64,000 nucleotides of DNA, taken from the NCBI GenBank assembly GCA_001643675.2, contig LSRY02000033.1, forward strand, positions 806,001 to 870,000, written 5' to 3'. Below are positions 38,901 to 54,700 of the stretch, in pieces. Positions within the stretch are counted from its first letter, which is position 1. Every line of letters starts with the position of its first letter. A program made the translations under genes and the position numbers. Source of the stretch: Monocercomonoides exilis PA203 (taxonomy: Eukaryota > Protista > Preaxostyla). The notes under the pieces were generated by a model. The model was not told the origin of the DNA. It searched no databases and worked only from the letters and a program-made list of their open reading frames with translations.

Positions 38901-41416
38901 CACGCCCACTGCCCATACGTCTGCCTTTGCCCCATCAAACTCGCTGCCTCCACACACCTCAGGCGCGAGGAAGGCGAATGTGCCCTGTGTGTCGCCCAGC
39001 TTCTCGCCTGGCGAGTTCAGTTTGACGGCACAGCCAAAGTCAGCCACTTTCAAGGCGCCGCTGCGGGTGACGAGGAGGTTGTCGGGTTTGATGTCTCTGT
39101 GGACGATGTGGGCGGTGTGAATGAAGTGGAGGGCAGGCACCAGCTGGCGGATGTAGCTGCGGGAGAGAGAGTGCGGAAGAGGGGGGAAGGTGATGTGGAA
39201 GGAGGAGAGGGAGGAGCGCGAGGCGGTTGGCACTTCAATTTGGATGCAGTTGGCGTTGGAGGAGGTGAGTGGATCTGCAACACCCAGAGGAGAAGGAGAA
39301 GCAGAAGAGATTGAGAAGGTCGAGGAGTTGCGACGTGCAATGTGTGGAGTGCCACTGAAGCCGACGATTGGCAGAGCATTCTCAGGAGAAGGCAAAGAGG
39401 GGTGAGGGGAATAATTTGCTGTCAGCCCAGAGGAATGAGATAGAGAAGAGGAGTTCTTCACTTGAGAAGAGGAAGAAGTTGGAGAACAAGGCACATGAGA
39501 CTTGTGAAGAGGCACCAGCTTTGCCAAAGAGAGGGTGGAAGACGAATTGTTGAAGCAGATGGCGTGTGAGGAGTAATTCGAAGTGGAGGCGAACATGGAA
39601 GCGAAGGAAGGAGAAGAGAAGAGGGTCTTGATACGTGCCTGTGAGTCCATCCCAGAGAATGAGAACGGGGCAGCACCTGTGGGCGATGTGAGGGGTCCGA
39701 ATGACTGCTCGTCTGGATGACCAGGATGATCTGAATGGTCTGAATGGTCTGAATGATCAGAAGGAGAGAAGGGAGGGTGGGGCAGCTGATGGTCCATGAG
39801 GGGTGTCTGTGAAGGAGGGAGGGTGTTTGCGAGGGGCGGAGAGGAGAGAGAGGAGATGGTGGAGTTTGAAGTCACTGGGTCAACTGCCATGTGGCTGTGT
39901 CCAAAGGAGGTGAATGGAGAGTCAGAAGCAAAAGTGTCTGACTCGTTGTCTGAGGTGTCTGTGTGGATGATTGTGAAGGTCTGCTCCTGATTCACATCAG
40001 AAATGGAGTTCGCGATAGTCGTGTCGTTTGTGCTGTTGCATTCGTCGTTGTCTGTGTCTTCTTCAAAATCTCTCTTTTTCCCTGTCGATCGACTCAGCTT
40101 GCGCTGCGGCAGCTCCTCTTGCTGTTCCTTTGCTGAATCCTTTTTCACTTTGGAGTTCTTTTTGCGAAGCTGCGGGAAGAAGATGCTTTCTTCGATATCT
40201 TCGTCCTTGTTGTCTTCGCTTTCATTGTTAGACAAAGCACCTTCGTCGACTGGCTTTGCGCCTGCCCCATCGATCTCTGCCTCTTCTGTGTCTTCTCCTA
40301 GCTCCAGCGAAACGATCTCATCCAAATCATCTCCAACAACACTGGCAACCATCTGCAGCATCTGCTCTTTTATCATCCGTTCCTCTTCGTCTGCAAGTGC
40401 TTGCTCATCCAACTCGACGTTCTCTTCGTCGTTGTTCTTCGCACTTAACACCTCTTCTCCATCGAAATCTTCATTTTCACAGAGCGTTGACTCGAACAAT
40501 GGAGACTTTTCGTGCAATTTCTTGCATTCAACTTCTTGATCATGCTCGGGCTTTGTTGCTTCGTCACCTGACTGAGATAGAAACGAAGATAAATCAAATC
40601 CAAATACATTTTCTATTTCTTCTTCCTTTTCAATTAACTCTTCATTAACGTCTTTTCTATGAAATTTGTCTTTATTTCCTTCTTCAATGCGAACTTGGTT
40701 GGCGTCCATTACCGATCCTCCTTCGGCAAGTTCTTCAACCAGATACAATTTTGACTTTTGAGGGTCATCTATCACTTCTAAAAGTCGAATAATATTTGGA
40801 TGCTTTAGTTGGCTCATAATTGATATTTCTCGTTGTAAGCTTTCCATTGCAGTTGTCATTCCAGTCCGTTTTTTCTTCAACGAATCTTTATTCAGTATTT
40901 TCATTGCCTATTTTTGTGAAATCAAATAACATATATAGGCAAATTGAAAACAGCATAAATGAAATAGAAAAACAAGAATATACACACGTATCTACGTTGC
41001 GACTTTGCATCTTCAACAAGCACAGATTTTCCAAAAGAACCAGAACCAATTGTCTTTTTCACAATATATTGGTTTATCATTTTCATTCCATTAGCCAAAT
41101 AACTTTTTTTCACTGCATTGGTAAATTGTGTTTCGTGCTGATAACTTGCATCTCCTGAAATAGAATAATCCATCTCAGAAGATGCGAGTTCACTTGTGAA
41201 TCCAGAAAAAGTCAAGTCTCCATCATCTTCAATTGTATCAACATCCACCATTTCAGTAAATTCGTTTTTAACGAGCGGTGCAAACATAACCAAGGTAGAA
41301 TATTTTTTTAACGTTGGTTGTTGCAAAGAATATTCATCGCTTGATGCATTTGTTATAATCTGCTGTTTATCAATTTCCGCAGGTGCATAAGACTGACTTT
41401 CATTAAGTTCAGTCAT
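35964..41416 (-). CDS. CaMKK/SAK1/GRIK-family Ser/Thr kinase with large intra-domain insertion; exons 41416-40988, 40907-35964
   Basis: INQYIVKKTIGSGSFGK, Y|AMKILNK, REISIMSQLKHPNIIRLLEVIDDPQKSKLYLVEE, HRDIKPDNLL, DFG, GTFAFLAPE and DVWAVGVTLYCFCFGCVPF. EVIDDP and GVTLYCF are typical of CaMKK. Confidence 0.9.
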
Positions 41417-41624
41417 ATATCGTAAGTGAGTTCAAAACGAAAAAAAATATTATCAAAGAAAAGAAGAATTCTTTAGGTCAAGATCAATTTCACCTTAATA
41501 TGTTTCAGAATCCTTAATTCATTTTCAAATATTTTTGTCTATTATTCATCATTACTATTATTTAAAAATTATTCGAAAATTCTTGTTTTTTCGTTCCTAT
41601 CCCATATGTAAGTTTACAAGTCAG

Positions 41625-42006
41625 ATGGCAACTCAAAAATGTGCAATCGCAACAGCAATTGTGCTTATGGTGATATCTTTTGTACCACTTGGATTTACGA
41701 TTTACCAATGTGCTTCAGTGAAACCGACAGATCAGAATATTCCAGCTTGGGGATTCCGTCAGTTTTTGCATAATTTTACTGAGCAAAACTCATTTATGAT
41801 ATTTGCATTTATGTTTACAGTATCTTCTGTGATACTATCATTCATGTTTGACAAAAATAATAAGAAATTTGTTTTTCATATTCATGATAATTTGCATTAA
41901 TATTTTTTGAAATAGGTGCCTTTTGCCGAAAGCAGTTGATAGAAGACCCAGAAAAAAAAGAGTTGTAACAAAAAAGCCTCTTCCAAGGAGGCAGCTTTCG
42001 AGATAG
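41625..42006 (+). CDS. Small 2-TM hypothetical protein with basic tail; exons 41625-41845, 41916-42006
   Basis: MATQKCAIATAIVLMVISFVPLGF...FMIFAFMFTVSSVILSFM|CLLPKAVDRRPRKKRVVTKKPLPRRQLSR*. A GTTTGA...TAG intron restores the frame. Confidence 0.55.
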
Positions 42007-43107
42007 ATTTTCGTTTTCTTTGAATCAAAATTTAACAATTATAAGATGTGAATGGACAATATTCTTTTTCAATCATATCACATTTATATATTCTGATATT
42101 TTCCTATTTTTTTTTGTGAATGTTTTATTTCATTTCACTGAATTTAGTATCATGTTTTTGATTTCCTTTAAAATAAAAAAAAATTTTTTTCCCCCAATGA
42201 TTTGTTTGAATCGAAAGAAAAACACTTTCCGATTTATTATAGCCATTCATTTACGTTTTTTTGTGACTGAGAAATATTGCGTTATAATTAATAATGTTAA
42301 AATTCCAATATATGGTGTAGATCAATTATGACATTTGAAAACTTATGACCTCTTTATAAATAAACAGATCTTTAAATACGAATTTAAAAAATTTTTAATA
42401 TGAATTTTCAATACTCATTATTTTACAGATATTATAGTTAATAATGAAAAGTTTCATTGAAAAAAAATCATTTTGTTTTTGTTTTTTTTGTTTTTTTGTG
42501 TTTAAACCGTTGTTTGTCTTGTATGCTATTATTGCTGCATCATATACTAGATTGTGCAGTTGGCTTTTTTCCACAACCATTTTGATGAAAATACAAGTTA
42601 TTTCATCAATGGAAAAAGCCAAAATTGAATTTCTGGGGACTCCACGGAAGAGCTTAGCTTTATTATGAGTATCTTTCCACTAAATCACCTCACACATTCA
42701 TTAAATTCGAGTTATATCTGTGAAATTGGTTGTGTAAAATGTTTTTATAAATAAATATTTATTGTGCTTTGAATTTTCATTCAGCTTTTTGAATAATTCA
42801 ATTTGAAAGAATGGAAAGCCCATTGCTATATTCTTATTTTTTTTTCGGATAGCACTTGAAAAAATTCAAACTGTTGAAAGTTGTTATGCGATCAGTGAAA
42901 TGTATTAGAAGAAAGCACATAATGGATGAGATCGTATCTTTTTATTTGATTAATAATTGTCCACTGAAGGAATCGTAATAAGTATATTGAATTTTATTAA
43001 ATTTGTAGCATTTTAGTATACATTTGTTGGAGCAGGGCAATTTTGCTTTCATTTGCGTTCTATTCTTTCATTTTCATAAAATTGTTCTTTCGGCTTTAAC
43101 GTCTGCT

Positions 43108-46537
<3,430 letters not shown>

Positions 46538-47440
46538 AAAGAAATGAGATTGCATTCATCGGTTTCTTTTCAATTGAAAGGAGAGGGGTTTATGACTTTG
46601 CGTATCGCACTTCGTTATAATATCTGAATTATTGATACTTTGAGATTTTAATACAAAACGCAAGTTCACTTCGTTTTTTTTAATCAATCTCAATTTCTTT
46701 GATTTTTTTTATTATTATTCTTTTTCTTTTATTTTTTTATATATTTTTACAATTTGTTATCTTCGTCTGAAATGTTGTTTAGTTCATCATCAACTGTTGT
46801 ATCTGTTGAGCGATTGTTTCCTGTGAGCTTTTGAGGGAGTTCCATCTGTATTTTTAGTGTCTGTAAATGCTTTGTATCTTTTGAGTGGTTTAAGCAATGA
46901 TGAAATTATTTTGATCTTTTTCATTTCTTTTTTCATTTCTTTTTTTGATATCTTTTTGTTTGCAATTTTTTGAGCTCATTTCGTTCACTTTTTGTTACCA
47001 TTTGTTTGATAAGGTTATTCTTTTTCTTTTTCTTTATTTTTATTTTTTGACAATTCTTTTTATCTTTCTGAAGAGGATATCGCTCTCGTTCTCATTTGCA
47101 CTTACATAATGCACAAAAACATATGCTTGTTTTCTTAGTTGTATTATCTTTCTTTGCGTGTTTGTAGTTTGACTTGTTTTCTGTCAGTAGCTTTGGCATT
47201 GCTGTTTACTCGTTGTTTATTCTAAAGAAACGTTTGTATTCATTTCATTCACCTTTTGTTGTTATTGTTTGTTGCTATTCTAAGCTTGTTTCTTTCTCTT
47301 TCTCTCTTTCTTTTTCTCTTCGTACAATCTTCCCTGTGGTGGGAAAATGTTCTGTTTCTCTTATCAGGAAAATGAGGATGAACAAAATATAAAAAAAACA
47401 CATTTAAAAGATTGAAAGTTTATTTTTTTAACCAAAATGT

Positions 47441-48641
47441 TCAAATCTTTGGTTGGCGAAGAGAAGCCAGTATTTTTGCATTTGAAACGAATGATGAAAT
47501 AATTGACTCATATTTGTTTGGTTGTTTGTTTTTGAATAGAGCATATTCTTTTTTTAATTCAGACATTGGAGTTATTTCTATTTCTATTTCAAAACTTTGC
47601 TCAAATTCTGGTAAATCTGTAGGTAACACTTCAGTTGTTTCCCAATCTCTAAATTTCGAAAGGCATCGATGCTAATTCCAAATGAAATTTTATAAGCAAT
47701 TCTTGTACAGATTCCAATAGAATAATGAAAATACAAACGTGTGTTTGAGTTGCATCTATTCTCATGTTTGGAAGAAAGAATGAGTCTCGAATTTTTCCTC
47801 TTTCATACTCTATAGGCGTTGTGATAACGATGTTTGGATCCTCTGGAAGGGTATTTGATGTTAAAAATTATTCATATATATATAATGAAATTTTTCATTT
47901 AAAATGTTCATAAAAATACTTTTCACACTTTCAACTTCAAATGCTGCTGAAAACCTAATATCAAATGGAAGTGCATGACAAGTCATATCAATATTGTTTT
48001 TATTATCTTTTGAGATACAGGCAAGTGTCTGTGTATTGGAAATTACAGATTTGTTCAAGACAGTTATAAAAAAATTATCAAACTTGTGGATTATCATCAT
48101 TACTTAATGTTATTCGGCCTCCTCGATGTATCATATCTCTCGTAACACTTTTAACATGATTTTCTGATGGAATCTGAAGTGACAATATAAAACGATTGTA
48201 ATTTGAAAAAATTATTGTTCACACTTTCGAAGAAAGAAAATAAACAATATTCTTAAATTGACCTTCTGTAAGGGTTGATAAAAAATTGGAAGGATAAGAT
48301 TTAGAAATTATAGCTTCTGTAGTAATTGGCAATGAAACGCGCTGTTGTGTTTCTCTCGAAACAATCGTTCCAATGCGTGCTTCAATCTTTTAGAGAAAAT
48401 AACATGATAAGCACGACAGGAAAAAATCACGAAAATTCTCAACCTCCAATGATGCATCTTCTTTATCTTTATCTAAATATGATCCAAAAAACATCATTAG
48501 ATGTTCGAGAGAAGAAGATATTGGCATTTCTTCACTTAGCTAAACAATTAAAAAAGTAAAATCAAAAATATAATTATATGAAATAATAAAACGAACAATT
48601 GCAGATTGAGAAACAGGAAATAACCTAAATTGCTTCGCCAT
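47441..48641 (-). CDS. CET1: Stand-alone triphosphate-tunnel metalloenzyme, Cet1/Pct1-type mRNA 5'-triphosphatase; ~7 short exons
   Basis: Hand-spliced: motif A SLE|IEARIGTIVSRETQQRVSLPITTEAII, then TRD..GRITL, FDIRFSAAFE, ERGKIRDSF..MRIDATQT, and motif C FEIEIEI. Confidence 0.82.
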
Positions 48642-48765
48642 AATAACAGAAAACAAAATATGAAAAATAATGAATAAAAGTAAGGGTCAATATTATTGAA
48701 ATAATCATTTCTTTTAAAGTTTAAACTTGACTCGGAAATACACACATCTACGAACACATAAAATT

Positions 48766-51700
48766 ATGAGTGTATTTAACTTTATACGTTCGCGAGTATC
48801 CGGATCACGTGTTCGTCTTCAAGATGAGAAATATGATTTGGACCTCACGTACATCACGAATAACATTATTGGTATAAAATTATATGTGCTTAATTTTTTA
48901 CTTGTAATATTGCAATCAAATATTTAATATTAGCGATGGGACTGCCTTCTGTTGGGTTTGAAGGCATTTACAGAAACAGACAAGAAGATGTTGCTGCTCT
49001 CTTAAATGAAAGGCATCGAAATCACTATATGGTTATCAACCTTTCTCAAATGAATTACGACTATAAATTATTCAACAATATGGTGCAAGATTTTGGCTTC
49101 CCTGATCATCACCCACCTGAACTTGATAAATTATTTATTATTTGCAGAGTGATGAAGAACTTTTTGGATAGTGACAAAGATAATGTTGTCGCGGTGCATT
49201 GCAAGGTATTAATTTTAGATCTTTTAAAAAATTTTATCTGTATTGAATATTTTTTATGTGCATGGAAATTAATACAGGCTGGAAAAGGAAGAACTGGAGT
49301 AGTTATTTGCTGCTATTTACTTTTTACTGGAATTTTTGTTGATGCAGAAATGGCTTTGGAATTTTTTGCAATGAAAAGAGCAAATAAAATTACAGGTGGG
49401 GTAGCAGTGCCGTCACAAAGAAGATATGTCAATTATTTTTCTCGAATTCTGCATCGTGACGTGACTCCATCACTTCATCCGATTAAGGTTTATTGTTGTT
49501 GATTTCAGTGTTATATTCATTTGAAGAATCGTTTTCTTTTTTTTTTTTTTTTTTTGTATTATTTATATTTCTTCTGATTATTATTGCTTATCAGCTATCG
49601 TACATCCTTTTTCGTTCAATTCCCCAGTGCCAGCACGAAGACGGAATATGTCCATACCTTCTGATATTCATGCAAAACAAGCTTGTTTTTGACTCCCGTA
49701 TTGATCCTAAGACAAAGAAGCCATATCCAACACCTCCTGTCCCCTCCAAAAGAGGCGACGGGGCGCGCAGTTTTAAGATCAATCTTGTTTTGTATGGAGA
49801 CATTTTAGTTGTTTTTTATCATTACCCAAAGGTTTGCTCGCTCCCATCAATCAGAGTACTCTTTGAATCATTCATCTATTTCATGTTCATATTTATTTCA
49901 TTCAATTCTTCTGGTTAAATATGTATTGCATTTATTTATTTCTTTATTTATTTTATTGACGATATGTACGAAAGATGCACACACCACAGCAGCAGGCAGA
50001 GGCGAGTCTTCCGCTGGAAGCATCTTCTGTTGCCTTTTCACAACACCAATTTTCCCGCTCGCTATCTCCACTGTCTCACACATCAACCCCATTCGCTGCC
50101 ACTTCATCCACTTCATTAACCAACACCCAAAACCCCTCTTCTTCTTCTTCCTCTTCCTCTTCCCATCCTCCATCCAGTTCATTTGCCTCTTCCACCTCAT
50201 CATCATCATCATCATCTTCTTCTTCTTCTTCTTCTTCTTCTTCTTCTTCTTCTTCTTCCTCATCTTCTCCATATGGTGATCAAAGACCCCCCTACATGCG
50301 GCGCAAGGGCACCCGGCTCTTTCGCTTTGCCTTCCACACAGGAATGCACCCGCCTAACACTCAGCTCTCACTCGAGCCACGCGATTTAGACGGCCCCAAG
50401 CACATCAAGTTCAGCAAGGACTTTGTGTTGGATGCGATGTTTGTCCATCCTGAGCCAGATGATCCAATCCCCTTTTTCGAAGTCAAAGACTGGGATGTAT
50501 GCTTCTCAATCATTTTTATTGCATTTTCGAATCATTTTTTAAATATCTGCATGTGTTTTATCTTTCCATCCATTTTTCTGCTTGAATGTAGGCACTTGTC
50601 CCGTCCTCTGCGATCATGAAGCAGTCGTCTGCCAGTTCTGCTGTCTCTTCCTCTGCCCCTGCGATGCCCTATCCTCTCTCCACCACACTCACCCGGCTGT
50701 CCCCGTGTGTCTCTCTTCCACTTTGTCGCTCCCTCTCTTTCTACACGTTTGATGCACTGCCCATATCCCGCTTCACTTCCTTGTCTATGTGTGGCAGGCT
50801 ACTGTGTGTGGGGACAGCAAGAGGCGATTCCTATGTGATTGACACGCTGATAGACGAGATGGTGGCACAGACAACGCGCTCTGAGAGTGTTGGGGTGGGT
50901 GTCGGGGTGAGCAGCACTTGCTGGCTGGAGAAGGCGATTGAAGGAGATGGCAGAGAAGGAGGAGAAGGAAAGGAGGGCGAGGGCAATGAAAGCGGATCGG
51001 ATGATGAGTCAGAAGAAGAGGAGGAAGAAGAAGAGGAAGATGATGAAGATGATGCTAATGATAGGGCTTTGAAACAATTGGAAGATGCTCGCAAAGATGA
51101 AGAAAAGAATGAGATGTGTTTGAACTTAGCAAATTCCGAAAAGAAAACGAGTGATTTGGACAGCTGTGGAAAGGGGACGACATCTGAGAAGCATCGAGAG
51201 AAGCAAAAGAAAGGCGATATAAGAGAAGAAGAGCTGAGGAAAGAGAAAGAGAGAGTTGAAAGAGAATTGAAAGAAATCGAAGAGAAGATGAATGAAGAAG
51301 AAAGCAAAGAACAATCAAAGAAAATTGATGCTGCACTTTCAAACGATGTGTGTGAAATGGATGTTCCTGAGCCTCTTTCTCAAACAGACACGCAAACACC
51401 CTCTGAAAATGCAGCAGTCACAACAACAATAACAACATCGCCTGCAACATATTCTAACCCGTCGTCTCCTCATCGCACTCCTCTTTCTCCATCGTCTCAT
51501 AAACACATTTCTCCCTTTGAGGATTCACCTGTTCTGTCGCTGAGTGCTTCTCCACTTTCTCTCTCGCCTTGCTCGCTCGTCCGCTCCTCTTCCAAACAAA
51601 AAACTGAGTCGCCGCCTCCTCCTCCACCTTGTTTGGTTCCTCTTTCAAATCAATCAAAAGGTGAACACGAACAATCTTCATTCCCATCACACCCAACTTC

Positions 51701-54700
51701 CCTCAGTCCAAGCTCTATTTCTGCACATTCTGCTACTCCGCCTAATTCATACTTGTCTCTATCTCCTCACATGGGCATCACTTCTTTCTCTCCAGTGAAG
51801 CAGTCGATGCCTTGTTCTCCTCCTCCTCCTCCTGTCTCGCCCACTTCATCTGCCAAGCCCTTCTCCAGCACTTCTTCTCCAGTCAGAAGTGGATCCCAAT
51901 CATTGGGCTACTCCTCTTCTTTCAAGCCTCCTTCGTTTCTGCCATCGTCTGCTCCGAATGAGTCGAAGAAGCCTCGTCCGCCTTCTTCGCTTCCTCAGAA
52001 CATTGTGCCACCTGTTCAGCACATCGACAAGCAGAACACACAAAACACACAAAACACACAAAACACACCTCATCAGTCATCTTCATCATCATCTGCTGCT
52101 GCTCCTTTGCTGCTCAGTCAGGGTGACTCACAAACAGTTCAATCATCTTCACTGTCCAACAGAAGTAACAAGGCAGACTCACCTGATTGTTCACAGACAG
52201 AAGGGAAGGCTTCATCCCATCAGCCATCTCCACCTCTTCCTCTTCTCCTCTCTCGCAATGCACTGCATGCCAAGACCAAAACTGAGATTCGCTTCAAAAA
52301 GCCCTCGTTGCAGTCGATTAAGTTTGCAAAGCCGGCTGTTGAGCCGCATTTGCTGTTTGTTGGGATGACATCGGGTGTGGTGTGTGTGTTTGAGTGTGTG
52401 TCTTTCTCTCTCATTCACAAAGTGACTATCTCGTCCTCAGCGATATGTGTGATGAGGCTGGTGCAGGAAAAGAGAATAATCAAGAGAATGAAAGTGAGAA
52501 AGGGAAAAGAGGGGAAAGATCAAAGTGGAAGTGCTGATAAAGAGGAGCATCTGCAAAAAAACAGGTCAGACACTCAAATAACTGGAAGTGAAACATCAGA
52601 TTCTGTTATTTCAGAGCAAGACATCAGCAAAACAGAAGAAGATGCCAACAAATCAAATGAAAACTCAGAAACAGAAGAGAAAGTCATTCAAAATGAAAAG
52701 AATAAAGAAAGTGCAGAAGAGACTGAATATGAACAAGAAGAGATTGTTGATGATGTGTTAGTTGCTGGTTGTGAGAATGGAGAGCTTGTTTTGTGGAATT
52801 TGCGCCGCGGAGAAATACGAAGGCTGAAAGGCCACACGCAGCAGGTGACGTCTGTGGAGGTGATACAATTTCCTCTATCACTTGCAGAGGAGGAAGAGAA
52901 AGAGCGTTTGAAGGAGATGATTATGAAGCGGAAGGCGAAAGAGGAGTCGGAGCTGGTTGAAAGAGAAAGAGAGAGGCTGAAAAGAGAAGAGCTGCTCAAA
53001 CAGGCCACACTTCCCATTCACATGGAGTCATTTGTGATGGTTGAGACACAAGCAGAGGAGAAAGGAGGAGCAGAGAAAGAGAACGGTGACTTGTCTAAAC
53101 ATGCTGTTGGAAGTGCTGAAAGAGAGAATTCTACTGACGATGCCGTGTTGGTTGAGCTTGACGAAGGCAATGCAGATGCCAATGAGCTCGACATTGAGAC
53201 TGAATATTCGCTGATTGAGAAGCAGTCGTCATATGTGCTGCCTGTCCCGCCGATGTCGAGGAAGGAGTCTGTCACTCGAAGAGACCTTTTAGTTGGGAAT
53301 GGAAACAGTGGAACAAACATCAATAGCATCAATACCAACAATATAAGCAATGTTAGTGAGAATCCAATGATCACCCAGGCACAAATGATTGAATCACCAG
53401 AAACAGATGGAAAAGGCAAATCTCAAATAGCTGAAAAAACTGATGTTATAACGTCTTCATCAATGGAGAATGGGAAAGACACTGAAAAGTCTGAATGTTT
53501 GAATACAGTTGCAGATGATAGTCAGAAGCAAGTGATGCATGAGAGTGGGTATATGTCGTTGATGAGGAAAGATTTGGAGGCAGAGCAGCAGCTGCAGAGG
53601 AAAGAAAGAGAGGAGAGGAGAGAAGCCCACAAGCGACGGATGATAATGCTGAGAGAGATGAAGAAGCAGAAGATTGAGGAGCAGCAGACGCAGCAAAAGG
53701 AAGAAGGGAAGAGAGATTCTGGCTGCTCTACAAATGAGGATGAGGATGATGATGATGAAGACGATGAAGACTTCTTCAATGAAAATGTCTTTGAAGAAGA
53801 AGAAGAAACTGCTGTACATCAAAACGAGGATGGGTGTTCTGAAGAGCATAAATATGATTATTCGAATGGAAGGATTGAAGATATTGTGCCTTTGCACTCA
53901 AGAAACGGGACAACACAGCAGCAGACTCAGACACAGTTTCAGCAGATGCTGCAAAACACACAAGGAATGCTACTAATCAAACCTCCACCTCTGCCAAATC
54001 ATCCTCCTCCGCCTCCTCCTCATTCTGCACTACGTTCAAAGAATGTTAATTCTCCTTCTCCTTCTCCTTCTCCTTCTCCTTCAGTGAACAGTGCAATTTC
54101 TTCAAATGAAGCTCATTCAGCGCCAATTGCACCTCCTCCTATTGTTGCACAGAACAAAAGCAATCAATCAAATGATACTGACATGTCTGGCCCATCATCC
54201 ACACAACCAACTCCTTCACCTTTGTCTTCTCCATTGCCTCTTCCTGTTCCTCTCCCTCTCCCTCCTTCTCCTCCTCCATCCCAAAAGCCGCCAGAGCCTC
54301 CTCTTCCCTTCCAGCCAGAAACGCCTCTTCCTCCGCCTTCTCTGCGCCCAGACGCCGACACTGCATCGACTGCATCTTCGACAATCTTATCTGCTCAGTC
54401 TGTGCTGTCTTCCTCGTCTCTTTCTGCTTCTTCTGCTGAATCATCTGATCAATCAACTTCGCAATTGCATGGTGCAAAAGCTGGTCGCCGCTCTTTGTAT
54501 TCTTTTTCTTCGTTTCCAACACTCCGCCAAATCCCATCCATCACACCATCCACTTCTGTCATTCCTTCTTCCTCCAATTTTTCTTCCTCCAATTCTTCTT
54601 CAGAGTCAACTGATGACTTATCCTCAGCACTTGCACAGACAGAAGAAACACTCATATTCCCATCGCTATATGTGCTGTCATCTTCACTGGATGGGCGGAT

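Noticed and set aside
39730-39760. 9-bp tandem repeats (SDH x3; also NTQ x3 at ~52033-52066)
   Set aside because: Ordinary coding slippage repeats inside disordered regions.
42395-43000. Short ORFs on both strands between the 2-TM gene and YAK1
   Set aside because: I could not assemble a consistent spliced product or recognise a motif. A small gene cannot be excluded.
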